A stretch of DNA of 63,479 nucleotides from Novosphingobium sp. (lineage in GTDB: Bacteria > Pseudomonadota > Alphaproteobacteria > Sphingomonadales > Sphingomonadaceae), in assembly GCA_031411415.1 (NCBI GenBank), contig JANOBA010000022.1, positions 1 to 63,479 of the forward strand, read 5' to 3'. The notes under the pieces were generated by a model. The model did not search any database. It was not told the origin of the DNA and saw nothing but the letters and a program-made list of their open reading frames with translations. The position numbers were made by a program, and so were the translations under genes. This document shows positions 9,294 to 19,303 of this stretch, piece after piece (within the stretch, counting starts at the first letter, position 1; each line of letters opens with the position of its first letter).

Positions 9294-9839
9294 TCAGCCC
9301 TTGTAGGTCCAGGGCGTGCGTGCCGCTTTCTCGGGCAGCGCATTCAGATTGCCCTGAAGGTCGCTGATCTTGGTGGTCAGGCCGCCGCCTTGCGTGGTCT
9401 TCTGGATTCGCCAGCCATCGGGGGTGCGCACCAGATAATTGATGCGCTGCGACAGGCCGATGGTTGCGCCGTTGCCGCGGAATTCGAAGATGCCCAGCAT
9501 GTTGGTGAAATGCTTGGCCGTATCCCCGTCGATCTCGACTTTGTCGGCCACGCTGGTCTGGAACACGTAGGGGAGGGGGCCATCGTCGCCATAAAAGTAA
9601 TCCCAGAACTGGGTGTACTGCTCGCGGCCGCGCGGTCCCTGGCCGGGCTTGTGCAGCGCTTCGATTTCAATGGTGGCGTCCTCGGTGAGGCACTCCAGCG
9701 CTTCCATCCGGCCGGCCTGCTTGCCGTTAAACCCACCGGTGCAGGCATAGTGCCACTTGAAAAACACATCGGTAATCTCGCGAACGTCCTCGATTTCCTG
9801 AATGCGGGCTTCCAGCGAGCGCCCTTTCGAATCGGTCAT
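9294..9839 (-). CDS. NTF2/SnoaL-like protein
   Basis: LEARIQEIEDVREI start, LTEDAT, VEIDGDTA, LVRTPDGWRI. GAGGAAAGG RBS before MTDSK. Confidence 0.8.
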   Translation of the reverse strand: MTDSKGRSLEARIQEIEDVREITDVFFKWHYACTGGFNGKQAGRMEALECLTEDATIEIEALHKPGQGPRGREQYTQFWDYFYGDDGPLPYVFQTSVADKVEIDGDTAKHFTNMLGIFEFRGNGATIGLSQRINYLVRTPDGWRIQKTTQGGGLTTKISDLQGNLNALPEKAARTPWTYKG

Positions 9840-10136
9840 GTCATTCCTTTCCTCAACCATAGGCTTGCAATGTGGGCTGATGCCCCTTGGCTTTGTGCCA
9901 CTTCCCAGCTGACTGATTCAACCAACTGAATAGGGCCGCATCGTGAGCCTAGTTGGCACTTCAGGATGCGTCAATTGCGGGTTCAGGCGGAATTCTTCTT
10001 GGGCCATTCGGCATAGAAGATGCGGAATATCGCTTGCGGTAATGCCGCAATGGTGGAATCCTGCAACCAGAACGGTGCTGCAACGCTGACCTGCCGCGTG
10101 GCGCAATTGAGATAACCAATTAGGGAGAGAACGCGA

Positions 10137-11600
10137 ATGCCTGTTGCTTCCGCAGACATTGCCGCGCTGCCAAAGCCGGGCTTCTTGATCGGCGGCACGA
10201 AAGTCACCGAGACGGATGGCCCGCACCATGAGCATCGCTATGCCGCCGACGGCAAAATCACGCATCTCGTGCCGCTGGGCACGGCGCGGGAAGTCAATCT
10301 GGCGGTCGCGGCGGCGCGCAAGGCCTATCTGACCTGGGGCCGGATGCCGGCGAATGAACGCCGCATCCACATGCTGCGCTTCGCGACGCTCGTCCGGGAG
10401 AGGACTGACAGCCTGCGGCGGATGATGACCGCGGAAAATGGCACGCCCTGGACGGCCAGCGCAAATTCCCCGCAGTGGGTGGCCGAACTCTTCGAATACA
10501 ATGCCGGCTGGGCGGACAAGATCGGCGGCGAGGTGGTCTCGACCTTCCCCGGACCCGCATTCGACTATACCCTTGACGAACCATACGGCGTGATCGCGGT
10601 GATCGTGCCCTGGAACGGGCCGTTTGTCTCTTTCGGCCAGACGCTGGCTCCCGCCCTCGCGGCAGGCAACACCGTCGTTATCAAGCCGCCGGAACTTGCG
10701 CCCTATTCCTGCCTGATGCTGGGCGAACTTGCGCTGGAGGCGGGCATCCCCGAGGGGGTCATCAATGTCGTGCCCGCCGGGCCCGAGGGCGGCGAGGCGC
10801 TGGTCAGGCACAAGGGGGTCGACAAGATCCACTTCACCGGCAGCGGCGCAACAGCGCGCAAGATCATCGCGGCCTCGCTCGAAAACCTGACGCCTTATGG
10901 CCTTGAGCTGGGTGGCAAATCTGCACGACTGGTGTTCGCAGACAGCGATCCGGCAACCGCAGTCCGCAACGCAATCGGTTCGGCCATCGGCCTGTCAGGT
11001 CAGGCCTGCATTTGCGGCTCGCGTGTGCTGGTCCAAAAGTCGATCTATGAGAATTTCGTCGCGGATTGTCAGGCGGCGATAGAGCAAATACAACCCGGCG
11101 ATCCCTCGCTGCCGGACACATTCATGGGTCCGGTCATCAGCCAGGGCGCGGTTGACCGCATTCTTGGATTTGTCGACCGGGCGCAGGCATCGGGCCAGCG
11201 GCTGGTGACCGGGGGCAAGCGGCTGGGCGGCGATCTTGCGGATGGCTACTTCGTCGCTCCGACGATTTTCGCCGATGTCGATCCGGATGCGGATGTTGCC
11301 CGCAACGAAGTGTTCGGGCCGATTCTGTCGTTCATCCCGTTCGAGGATGAGGCGCACGCTATCCAGCTTGCCAATGATTCCGATTTCGGCCTCGCCGCCT
11401 ATATCGAAAGCGAGAACGTCAAACGTGTGCACCGTGTTTCGGCTGCGCTGGAGGCGGGCACGGTCTGGATTAATGGCTTTCAGGATTTGCCTATCGGGGC
11501 CCCGTTCGGCGGTTACAAACAGAGCGGCGTCGGACACGTCGGCGGCAGATGGGGAATCAGCGAATTCTGCCGCACAAAAAATGTCTGGATGCGGCTTTAG
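10137..11600 (+). CDS. Aldehyde dehydrogenase
   Basis: PWNGP, FTGS, LELGGKS, GQACICGSR, EVFGP, PFGGYKQSG. Confidence 0.95.
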   Translation: MPVASADIAALPKPGFLIGGTKVTETDGPHHEHRYAADGKITHLVPLGTAREVNLAVAAARKAYLTWGRMPANERRIHMLRFATLVRERTDSLRRMMTAENGTPWTASANSPQWVAELFEYNAGWADKIGGEVVSTFPGPAFDYTLDEPYGVIAVIVPWNGPFVSFGQTLAPALAAGNTVVIKPPELAPYSCLMLGELALEAGIPEGVINVVPAGPEGGEALVRHKGVDKIHFTGSGATARKIIAASLENLTPYGLELGGKSARLVFADSDPATAVRNAIGSAIGLSGQACICGSRVLVQKSIYENFVADCQAAIEQIQPGDPSLPDTFMGPVISQGAVDRILGFVDRAQASGQRLVTGGKRLGGDLADGYFVAPTIFADVDPDADVARNEVFGPILSFIPFEDEAHAIQLANDSDFGLAAYIESENVKRVHRVSAALEAGTVWINGFQDLPIGAPFGGYKQSGVGHVGGRWGISEFCRTKNVWMRL

Positions 11601-11642
11601 GCAAGGCGCACATCTTCAACAAAACCGACTCAGGAGGTTACC

Positions 11643-12032
11643 ATGGCCAAATTACGTCACATCGCGATCAACGTCGAAAATCTGGACGAGGATGCGGCAT
11701 TTTATATCAATGCTTTTGAGCTCGAAGAAGTCGGCCGGGCAGGATCCGCAGTCAATGGTGCGGTTTATCTGAGCGACGGCGTGATGAATGTCGCGCTCAT
11801 CAAGATATCCGACACGGAATTCCCCAACTACCTGCCGCGCGGCCTGAACCATATCGGCTTCGTGGTGTCCGATCTGGATGCGGCAATCGATCGCGCTGAG
11901 TCTGCCGGTGCCGTTGCAACAGTTGACCGGAACAACAGGGCCGCAGGTGTGACCTGGGAAATGAAGATGAAAATGCCGAGCGGCGTGGCCTTCGATCTCT
12001 CTGACCACGGCTGGCCAGGCATTACACTCTGA
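11643..12032 (+). CDS. VOC (glyoxalase/bleomycin resistance/dioxygenase) family protein
   Basis: LRHIAI...YLSDGVMNVAL...GLNHIGFVV. AGGAGG RBS. Confidence 0.85.
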   Translation: MAKLRHIAINVENLDEDAAFYINAFELEEVGRAGSAVNGAVYLSDGVMNVALIKISDTEFPNYLPRGLNHIGFVVSDLDAAIDRAESAGAVATVDRNNRAAGVTWEMKMKMPSGVAFDLSDHGWPGITL

Positions 12033-12211
12033 GCGCCGGAGCATCGGGCGTCCGTCGATATAAACGGTGCGTGTAACGGGGTAGTTGGGCCTGCAGGTGG
12101 TGGGCCCCGAAATGCTGCGCAACACGATTGCCAAACACCCCTTACGCCGCCGGGCGTCGATGGTGATGCGCTAAGCATTCCGTCGCGAATTGTTTCAAGA
12201 GGTTGCCCAAA

Positions 12212-13750
12212 GTGTCAAAGCTCGCCGAGTTGGTCAGAGATATATTCAGCCTGGATCCGGCCGCGCCGGCGGCGGAATTCGATGGCAACTGGTGGAGCTG
12301 GGGGGATCTCGCTGCCATCGGCGCAGCGCTTGAAGCGCAGCTTTCGGCGGCAGGCCTGGGCAAGGATGCGCGCGTGGCGGGTATGCTCAGGAACCGGCCG
12401 GAAGTAGCAGGCGCGCTGGTCCACGTTTTGGCGTCCGGTCGCTGCCTGGTGACGCTCAACCCTTCGCTGCCGGACGACAGGCTTGCCGAGGACATCCGGA
12501 TACTGAAGCCCGGGGCGATATTTGGTCTGGCGGAGGAATGGGCGCGGCCCGAAGTGATCGCCTCTGCACGCGAGACGGGCTGTCTTGGCCTGATGCTGAC
12601 GCAGGATCGCAGCGCGCCGCTCTGCGTCGTTGCCGGGCTGGGCCAGCCGGATCTGGCCAGACTGCGTGCTTTTGCCGATGACGATATTGGCGTCGAAATG
12701 CTGACCAGCGGGACAACCGGAACGCCAAAGCGCATCCCGCTGAAGCGGCGTTCGATCGAGCAATCGGTGCTGGGCGCCGCGGTTTATGACGGGCGCAAGC
12801 AGGGCGATCCGCCCAGACTGCGCGATCATGTCGTGCTGGTGAATGCTCCTTTCACCCATATTGCCGGGATATTCGGGCTGATGAACGCGATCATGGCTGG
12901 CCGCAAGGTGGCGGTGCTGCCGCGATTCACGGTTGAAGGCTGGGTTGGCGCGGTCGAGCGGCATGGTCTGAAAGTCGCGACTGCACCGCCGGCGGCGCTG
13001 CGCATGATCCTTGATGCCAATGTGCCGAAGGCGCGGCTGGGAAGCCTGTCTGCCTTTCGCACTGGCACCGCGCCGCTGGACCCTGATCTCGCCGATGCCT
13101 TTTTTGATCGCTATGGCATCCCGGTTTTGCAGAACTACAGCGCGACTGAATTTGCCGGAGCCGGCGCGGGCTGGTCGTTGGCGGACTACAAGTCACATTA
13201 TCCGGCCAAGCGCGGCAGCGTGGGGCGGGTCAACCCGGATATCGAGGCGCGTATCGTCGATGCCGAAACCAGTGCGCCGCTGGCACCGGGCCTCCAGGGC
13301 CTGCTGGAAATACGTGCACCGCATCTGGGCGACGGCAAAAGCTGGATCCGCACAACCGACCTTGCGGTGCTGGACGAGGACAACTTCCTTTATATCAAGG
13401 GCCGCGCGGACAATGCGATCATCCGGGGCGGCTTCAAGGTGTTCCCCGAAGATGTAATCACGGCAATGCAGGCGCACCCCGCCATCCGCGAGGCAGCGGT
13501 TACAGGTCTGCCGGATGAGCGACTGGGCCAGATTCCTGTCGCGGCCTTTGTCACCAAGGCGGGCGAAACGGCGCCGGGCGAAGCGGAATTGCGTGAAAGT
13601 CTGCGCCAGTCACTGCTCGCCTATCAGGTTCCGGTTCATATTTTCGCGGTCGATGACCTGCCGCGCACTCCGTCGATGAAGGTCAGCCAGCCGGAGCTGA
13701 AGGCGCTGCTGGCGCGTAAGATTGTGGAACTGGGCGTGAGCGCTGCTTGA
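12212..13750 (+). CDS. Acyl-CoA synthetase, paralog of 472-1977
   Basis: MLTSGTTGTPK, YSATE, WIRTTDL, GRADNAIIRGG, LPRTPSMK. GTG start chosen for the AGAGG RBS spacing. Confidence 0.9.
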   Translation: MSKLAELVRDIFSLDPAAPAAEFDGNWWSWGDLAAIGAALEAQLSAAGLGKDARVAGMLRNRPEVAGALVHVLASGRCLVTLNPSLPDDRLAEDIRILKPGAIFGLAEEWARPEVIASARETGCLGLMLTQDRSAPLCVVAGLGQPDLARLRAFADDDIGVEMLTSGTTGTPKRIPLKRRSIEQSVLGAAVYDGRKQGDPPRLRDHVVLVNAPFTHIAGIFGLMNAIMAGRKVAVLPRFTVEGWVGAVERHGLKVATAPPAALRMILDANVPKARLGSLSAFRTGTAPLDPDLADAFFDRYGIPVLQNYSATEFAGAGAGWSLADYKSHYPAKRGSVGRVNPDIEARIVDAETSAPLAPGLQGLLEIRAPHLGDGKSWIRTTDLAVLDEDNFLYIKGRADNAIIRGGFKVFPEDVITAMQAHPAIREAAVTGLPDERLGQIPVAAFVTKAGETAPGEAELRESLRQSLLAYQVPVHIFAVDDLPRTPSMKVSQPELKALLARKIVELGVSAA

Positions 13751-13796
13751 GCTGCAATGCCACCGGCACTTGTCCGATCAGACGCAACCTGTCCGA

Positions 13797-15350
13797 TCAG
13801 TCTGGGGGCAGGTCACAGTGTGCGGCAATAATCAGGGCCTGCAGAGCTGCCTTGTTTACTTTATCCGAAGCATTGCGCGGAACGTCGTCCAGCGATGACA
13901 GGATCGCCCAGCGGCTGGGAACTTTGAAGGCGCTCAGCCGGTCTTTGGCGGCGGCGGCCACGCTGGCGAGGTCCAGCACCGCATCCTTTGCCGGGACAAG
14001 CGCCGCGCCGATTGCCGCCTTGCCGTTCAGATCGATGTCGGTGGCAAAAGCGCGGGCGATACCGGGGATGGTTTCGAGCGCGGCATCGACCTCGCTGGGA
14101 TAGACAGTCGCACCGCTGATTTTGACCATGTCGTCGCGGCGACCGGCAAACCATAGGAAGCCATCAGCATCGAGGTGCCCCATGTCGCCGGTGTCAAACC
14201 AGCCATCGGCAGTGAAAACCTGCTCGCGCTCCTGTCCGCAGATGCCGCGCAGGATATTACGCCCGCCGATCTGGATTGTGCCTGGCGCGTCCGGCCCCAG
14301 AATGGCGCCGGTTTCGGGATCGGCGATGCGCAGGCGAGTGCCTTCGAACGGCTTGCCGCAGCTGCCCCACTTGCCTTCCGGCATGTCGCGGCCCAGCGGA
14401 TAGCCGCAATAGGTGCCGAAACTTTCGGTCATGCCGAACACGTTGGCACGGGCACCGGGCCGGGCACGGAGCGCGGGCGGCAAAACCGGGTTGAGGCTTC
14501 CCACCGTAAGTCCGGAAAGGTCTGTCGCGGCGAAATCGGGGTGGCGGGCGAGACTGGCGGCCTGATCCGGCCAGCCGCGAAACAAGGTGACACGCTCGCG
14601 TTCGAGGAACTTCAGCGTCTTTTCCGGTTCGGGCAGGGCTTCCGTGAGCAATGTCGCGCCTGCGACCAGCGTGCTGACGAGACCCATGCCGAAGCCGCCG
14701 ACCCAGAAGAAGGGCATGGGGATGTACAGCCGGGTGCCCGGATGGATGCAGCGCGCCGCCAATCCCGCCGCAATCGACCGGATCGCGCTGCCGTGGGTAT
14801 GCATGACGCCGCGCGGCGCTTGCCGGCTGCCCGAGGTGAAGATGACGACCATATCGTCAGCCGGGGCGACGCGCTGGGCAAGAGCTTCCGCGACGGCGCG
14901 GGCAGGGCCATCCGTTTCGCCGCCAAGCTCGCCTGCCTGCCAGATGTTCCGCAGCGACGGCAGCAGGCCGCGATCAAGGCCGCTAGCCTCAGCATGGTAA
15001 TCCCGCCCGCGCCAGCTCCCCGTCGTGATCAGGTGGCGGACGCCGCCAATGCCGAGCTGGGCGGCGAGCTCGGCTGGCCGGAGCAGCGTGCTCAGCGGCA
15101 CCAGCACCGCGCCAATGCGCATCACGGCATAGGCGTTGATCGCCCATTCGAGGCCGTTTTCCATCTGGAGCGCGACGCGGTGGGCCTTGTTGATCCCTTG
15201 CGCGACCAGCCATGCGGCGCGCTCCGCCGAACGGCGTTCGAGCGCGGCATAGTCCAGCTGCCCGCGATGATCGACCAGGGCCTCCAGATCGGGCGTTGTT
15301 GCCGCGCGATGGGCAAGCAGGGCGGGGATGGTCAGTGCTTCAGCAGGCAT
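13797..15350 (-). CDS. Acyl-CoA synthetase
   Basis: IFTSGSRQAPRG, FGMTE, WFDTGD, GRRDDMVK, PRNASDK. Confidence 0.9.
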   Translation of the reverse strand: MPAEALTIPALLAHRAATTPDLEALVDHRGQLDYAALERRSAERAAWLVAQGINKAHRVALQMENGLEWAINAYAVMRIGAVLVPLSTLLRPAELAAQLGIGGVRHLITTGSWRGRDYHAEASGLDRGLLPSLRNIWQAGELGGETDGPARAVAEALAQRVAPADDMVVIFTSGSRQAPRGVMHTHGSAIRSIAAGLAARCIHPGTRLYIPMPFFWVGGFGMGLVSTLVAGATLLTEALPEPEKTLKFLERERVTLFRGWPDQAASLARHPDFAATDLSGLTVGSLNPVLPPALRARPGARANVFGMTESFGTYCGYPLGRDMPEGKWGSCGKPFEGTRLRIADPETGAILGPDAPGTIQIGGRNILRGICGQEREQVFTADGWFDTGDMGHLDADGFLWFAGRRDDMVKISGATVYPSEVDAALETIPGIARAFATDIDLNGKAAIGAALVPAKDAVLDLASVAAAAKDRLSAFKVPSRWAILSSLDDVPRNASDKVNKAALQALIIAAHCDLPPD

Positions 15351-16887
15351 TGGTCAACTCTGCGGCCATGTCCGCCAATCGTTTAAGGTCGATCTTGCCG
15401 CTCAACACTGTCGGCAAATCCATTTCCTGCATGGTCAGGAAATTGCGCGGAATCTTGTAGGGCGAGAGCCGCGTTTTGAGCGCAGCGCGCAGTGCCGCCT
15501 CATCGACCGGTTGATCGCCGACCATGACCGCAGCGACGATCTGGCCGCGCTCCGCATCGGGAATGCCGATGACGATTGCCATGCGCCCGCCGGTCGCCTC
15601 GCTGATCGCGCCTTCGACCTCGCGCGGGGAAACCTGCGCACCCGACGTGCGGATAATATCGCCTTCGCGGCCCTTGAAGAAGTAGTCGCCGTCGGCATCA
15701 ATGCTCATCATGTCGCCGGTGTGGAACCAGCCGTCCGCATCGAAACATTCGTGGCGCTCGCGGCCATAATAACCCTGCATCACATTGGCGCCGCGCGCCC
15801 ACATCTCGCCGCTTGCGGCATCCTCGCCGGTCTGTGGATCGACCACCCGCGTCTCCAGGCCTGCCACCGGCCGCCCGAAAGCGCCGCGCTTGTGTTCGGG
15901 CAGGTCATCCTCGTGGGGCCCTAGCAGGCAGACGCTGCCCATCTCGGTCATGCCGAGCAAATTGTAGCGCAATTCCGGATCGGCTGGGCGCACATCCGGC
16001 GGCATGATGGGATAAAGGTTTCCGCGCCGCATGAAGCTGAAATCGCGGGCGGCGAAGCTCGGGTCGCGGGCGAGGGCGAGCACAGTAGAGGCGACGCCAT
16101 TGGTCACTGTCGGGCGCTCGGCTTCGATCAGGTCCAGCATTGCGGCAGGCGCGGCGGAAGAACACACCAGTTTCGCGCCCGCCACCAGCGCGGCGATAAA
16201 ACTGAAGGCGAGGCCACCCACCCAGAACCAAGGTGAGTTTGAAAGCAGGCAATCGCTGGCAGTAAAATCTCGCTGGATATTCTGCCGCGCCATGTTGCGG
16301 ATGATCTGGCCGTGGGTGTGGGTGACCCCCTTGGGCGCGCTGGTCGAACCCGAGGTGTGGATGACAACCATGGCGTCCGCAGGCGAGCCCTGCGCTTCGG
16401 CGGCGGCAACGCGCGGATCGTCCGCTGCGCCTCCGGTCTCCAGCCCGGCAATGCCAAACCAGACGCGGCGCAGCACCGGCAGGCCGGGCAGCAGCAGCTC
16501 ATCCGATGGATCGGCGCCGATGGCTTCGGCCACCACGTGCGCAATGTCTTTGCCGCGATAATCGGGGGTCGCCATCAGATATTCGGCATCGGCGCCCAGC
16601 AGCATGACGCATATTTCATGCGCGGTCGCCATTGTGCTGATCGGTATGGCCACCGCTCCGATGCGGGCAATGGCGAGCAAGCAGACTGCGAAATCGGGGC
16701 CATTGCCAAACAGCATGGCGATGCGGCTGCCGCGTCCGGCCCCTGCTTCGAGCAGGGCCGAGGCGATGCGCCGTGAGCGGGCCTCGGCTTCGCCATAGGA
16801 CAGACGCTGGTCGTCGGCGACGAGGAAGCAGCGATCACCAAGTCGGCCTTGTTCGCGGATAAGTTTGGCGATGGTATCGGGCGTCAT
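15340..16887 (-). CDS. Acyl-CoA synthetase, paralog of 13797-15350
   Basis: HTSGSTSAPKG, LGMTE, WFHTGD, PTVLSGK. Confidence 0.9.
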   Translation of the reverse strand: MTPDTIAKLIREQGRLGDRCFLVADDQRLSYGEAEARSRRIASALLEAGAGRGSRIAMLFGNGPDFAVCLLAIARIGAVAIPISTMATAHEICVMLLGADAEYLMATPDYRGKDIAHVVAEAIGADPSDELLLPGLPVLRRVWFGIAGLETGGAADDPRVAAAEAQGSPADAMVVIHTSGSTSAPKGVTHTHGQIIRNMARQNIQRDFTASDCLLSNSPWFWVGGLAFSFIAALVAGAKLVCSSAAPAAMLDLIEAERPTVTNGVASTVLALARDPSFAARDFSFMRRGNLYPIMPPDVRPADPELRYNLLGMTEMGSVCLLGPHEDDLPEHKRGAFGRPVAGLETRVVDPQTGEDAASGEMWARGANVMQGYYGRERHECFDADGWFHTGDMMSIDADGDYFFKGREGDIIRTSGAQVSPREVEGAISEATGGRMAIVIGIPDAERGQIVAAVMVGDQPVDEAALRAALKTRLSPYKIPRNFLTMQEMDLPTVLSGKIDLKRLADMAAELTNAC

Positions 16888-18437
16888 CTGAACATAGCTT
16901 CCAGATCAACCTTGCGGATCTTGCCCGAGACAGTGAGCGGCATGGCTTCGACATAGCGCCAGTGGCGCGGCGTCTTGAAGCGGGCGATGCGTTCCCCGAC
17001 ATGCGCCTCCAGTTCCGCTTCGCTTGCGTGGGTAGCGGGGCGCAGCTGGATCACCGCGCCGACTTCCTGCCCGAGGCGGAGATGCTCGACACCGACCACC
17101 GCTGCCATGGCGACGGCGGGGTGGCTGTGTAGCGCGTCCTCGATTTCTGCCGGATAGATGTTTTCGCCGCCACGGATGATGACATCGCGCAGACGGCCCA
17201 TGATGCGGACTACGCCGCCCGAATCCATCGTGCCGAGATCGCCGGTGTGGAGGAAGCCGGTGCTATCGATGGTGGCACGGGTGGCTTCCGGATTGCCCCA
17301 ATAGCAATCCATAACCATCGGCGCGCGCACGCAGATTTCGCCCGTCACGCCGAAAGGCAGGGTCTCGCCTGCGCGGCCGGTAATCTTGACTTCGGCATGC
17401 GGCATCGCCCGGCCAACTGTCTCGCAGATTTCGCCAATCGGGCTGTCATTGCGGGTGCCGGTGGCAACGGGGCATTCCGACTGGCCATAGCCGATCACGC
17501 AATGCGCGCCCAATCTTTCGCGCACTTGCCGCACCAGACTGGGCGGCACGCTGGCGCCGCCCAGCGTCACCGTCCGCACGGTGCCATGCGGCGGCAGGTC
17601 ATCGGCGGCGAGGATGTCGTGCCACATCGTCGGCACGCCGCCCATGCGGGTCGGCTTGAGACGCTTCATCAGAGTGACGAGCTGATCGCGGTCATAGCGT
17701 TCGAGCACGACGAAAGTGCTTGCCGTGCTGAGCGCGCCCAGAATGATCGCGCAGGACCCGCCGACGTGATGATAGGGCACGGCGTTCAGCCAAAGGTCTG
17801 TCTCGTCTGCGCCATCCGTCATCGGCCGCAGCCAGCCGCCGAGCAGAGCGGCGCGCTGGCTGAGCAGTGCACCTTTGGCCTTGCCGGTGGTGCCGCTGGT
17901 GAACTGGATGAGGAAGGGTGCGGCTTGGGAAACCTCGGGCAACGGATGATCCGATGGCGTTCCCATGATTGCGGCCACTTCGGCCAGCGGGAGAACGGGG
18001 CAGGCGGCGAGTGCGGCGGCGCGGGGCAGCAGATCGTCATCGCGGTTGCCCATGCCGGCAAACAGCAAGCTGGGCGTGGTCAGCGCCAGCGCATGGGCCA
18101 CTTCGCCATCGCTCCAGCCGGTGTTGAATGGCGCGATGATCGTGCCCGCCAGCGCACAGGCATGCTGGAGCACAACGGATTCAAAGGCGTTGCGTGACCA
18201 CAGCGCGACGCGCTCGCCCGGCGCGCAGCGGGCCGCGAGCCAGCCTGCAACATTTTCCGCATGTTCGAGAAGCTGCGCATGGGTGATCTCGGCGATGTCA
18301 TCGCCTTGCGGGATCAGCACGGCGGGGCGGCCGGGAAAGCGGGTGCCGTTGCGGCGGAGCAGGTCAGCCAGTGGCTCGGTCAGCAGCGGCAGGCTGGTGT
18401 CAGCAGGCCATTGGGACAGCCCGGAGTCGAGCGTCAT
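16884..18437 (-). CDS. Acyl-CoA synthetase
   Basis: FTSGTTGKAKG, YGQSE, LHTGDLG, IIRGGENIYP, PLTVSGK. Confidence 0.92.
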   Translation of the reverse strand: MTLDSGLSQWPADTSLPLLTEPLADLLRRNGTRFPGRPAVLIPQGDDIAEITHAQLLEHAENVAGWLAARCAPGERVALWSRNAFESVVLQHACALAGTIIAPFNTGWSDGEVAHALALTTPSLLFAGMGNRDDDLLPRAAALAACPVLPLAEVAAIMGTPSDHPLPEVSQAAPFLIQFTSGTTGKAKGALLSQRAALLGGWLRPMTDGADETDLWLNAVPYHHVGGSCAIILGALSTASTFVVLERYDRDQLVTLMKRLKPTRMGGVPTMWHDILAADDLPPHGTVRTVTLGGASVPPSLVRQVRERLGAHCVIGYGQSECPVATGTRNDSPIGEICETVGRAMPHAEVKITGRAGETLPFGVTGEICVRAPMVMDCYWGNPEATRATIDSTGFLHTGDLGTMDSGGVVRIMGRLRDVIIRGGENIYPAEIEDALHSHPAVAMAAVVGVEHLRLGQEVGAVIQLRPATHASEAELEAHVGERIARFKTPRHWRYVEAMPLTVSGKIRKVDLEAMFR

Positions 18438-18443
18438 CGGCCT

Positions 18444-19292
18444 CTAGGCCTCCGGCCAAGGGTCGAGTTTGGCAAGGCCGGGGGCGAGCGGCGCAAATTC
18501 CATCGGCCGTTTCTCGCGGAACGCGGCAATGCCTTCGAGCATCTCAGGTCCTGCAACAGCTTCTTGAAGCAGCTGTTCAGCGCGGCCAAACGGCTGGGTC
18601 AGCGACGCCGACATCAGATCATCATAGACCTGCTGCTTCACCGTGCGCATCGCCCAGGGCGAGTTTTCCGCCGCGATTGTGCGGCAATAGGCGAAGGCGT
18701 GGCCGAACAGTTCGCCGGGCTCGCTGAGGTGTGTGACAAGGCCGATGGCGAGCGCTTCCTCGCCGCCCACGGCGCGTGCGGATAGGAGCATATCGGTGGT
18801 GCGGCCAAGACCGACAAGGCGATTGAGCTGCCAGGCCACCGCCAGTTCGGCGATCAGGCCGCGCTTGACATAGGGCATGCAGAATTTGGCATCGCGCGCG
18901 GCAAAGCGAATGTCGCAACACAGCGTCTGTTGCATTCCGACACCGTAACAGGCGCCATGCACCGCTGCGACGATGGGTTTGCCGATGCCCATTGCATACC
19001 AATAGGGGCGGCCGTCGCGGCCGGGCATATCGCCGCCGCTGGCAGCAATGTTGCTCAGCCCCGCCATGTCCGCGCCGGCGCAAAAGCCGCGGCCCGCTCC
19101 GACGACGAGGATCACGCGAACCGCAGGGTTGGCGGCCATGGCGTCGAGCGTGTTGAAATAAAGCGTGCCCATGGCCGGGGTCCAGGCGTTGAGCTTGTCT
19201 GGCCGGTTCAGCGTTATGATCCCGACGCCCTCGCGGATTTCGGATAAAATCACGGCAGGTCGATCGGATTCATCTGCCCAGATCTGTGTCAT
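18444..19292 (-). CDS. Crotonase (enoyl-CoA hydratase/isomerase) family protein
   Basis: TLNRPDKLNA, FCAGADM, KPIVAAVHG, AFREKR. Confidence 0.9.
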   Translation of the reverse strand: MTQIWADESDRPAVILSEIREGVGIITLNRPDKLNAWTPAMGTLYFNTLDAMAANPAVRVILVVGAGRGFCAGADMAGLSNIAASGGDMPGRDGRPYWYAMGIGKPIVAAVHGACYGVGMQQTLCCDIRFAARDAKFCMPYVKRGLIAELAVAWQLNRLVGLGRTTDMLLSARAVGGEEALAIGLVTHLSEPGELFGHAFAYCRTIAAENSPWAMRTVKQQVYDDLMSASLTQPFGRAEQLLQEAVAGPEMLEGIAAFREKRPMEFAPLAPGLAKLDPWPEA

Positions 19293-19303
19293 GGATGGTG
19301 CAC

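Noticed and set aside
12212-18437. Clustered adenylation enzymes as an NRPS-like biosynthetic cluster
   Set aside because: No carrier protein, condensation, ketosynthase or PPTase genes. The context (ACADs, CaiB, TonB receptor) is catabolic.
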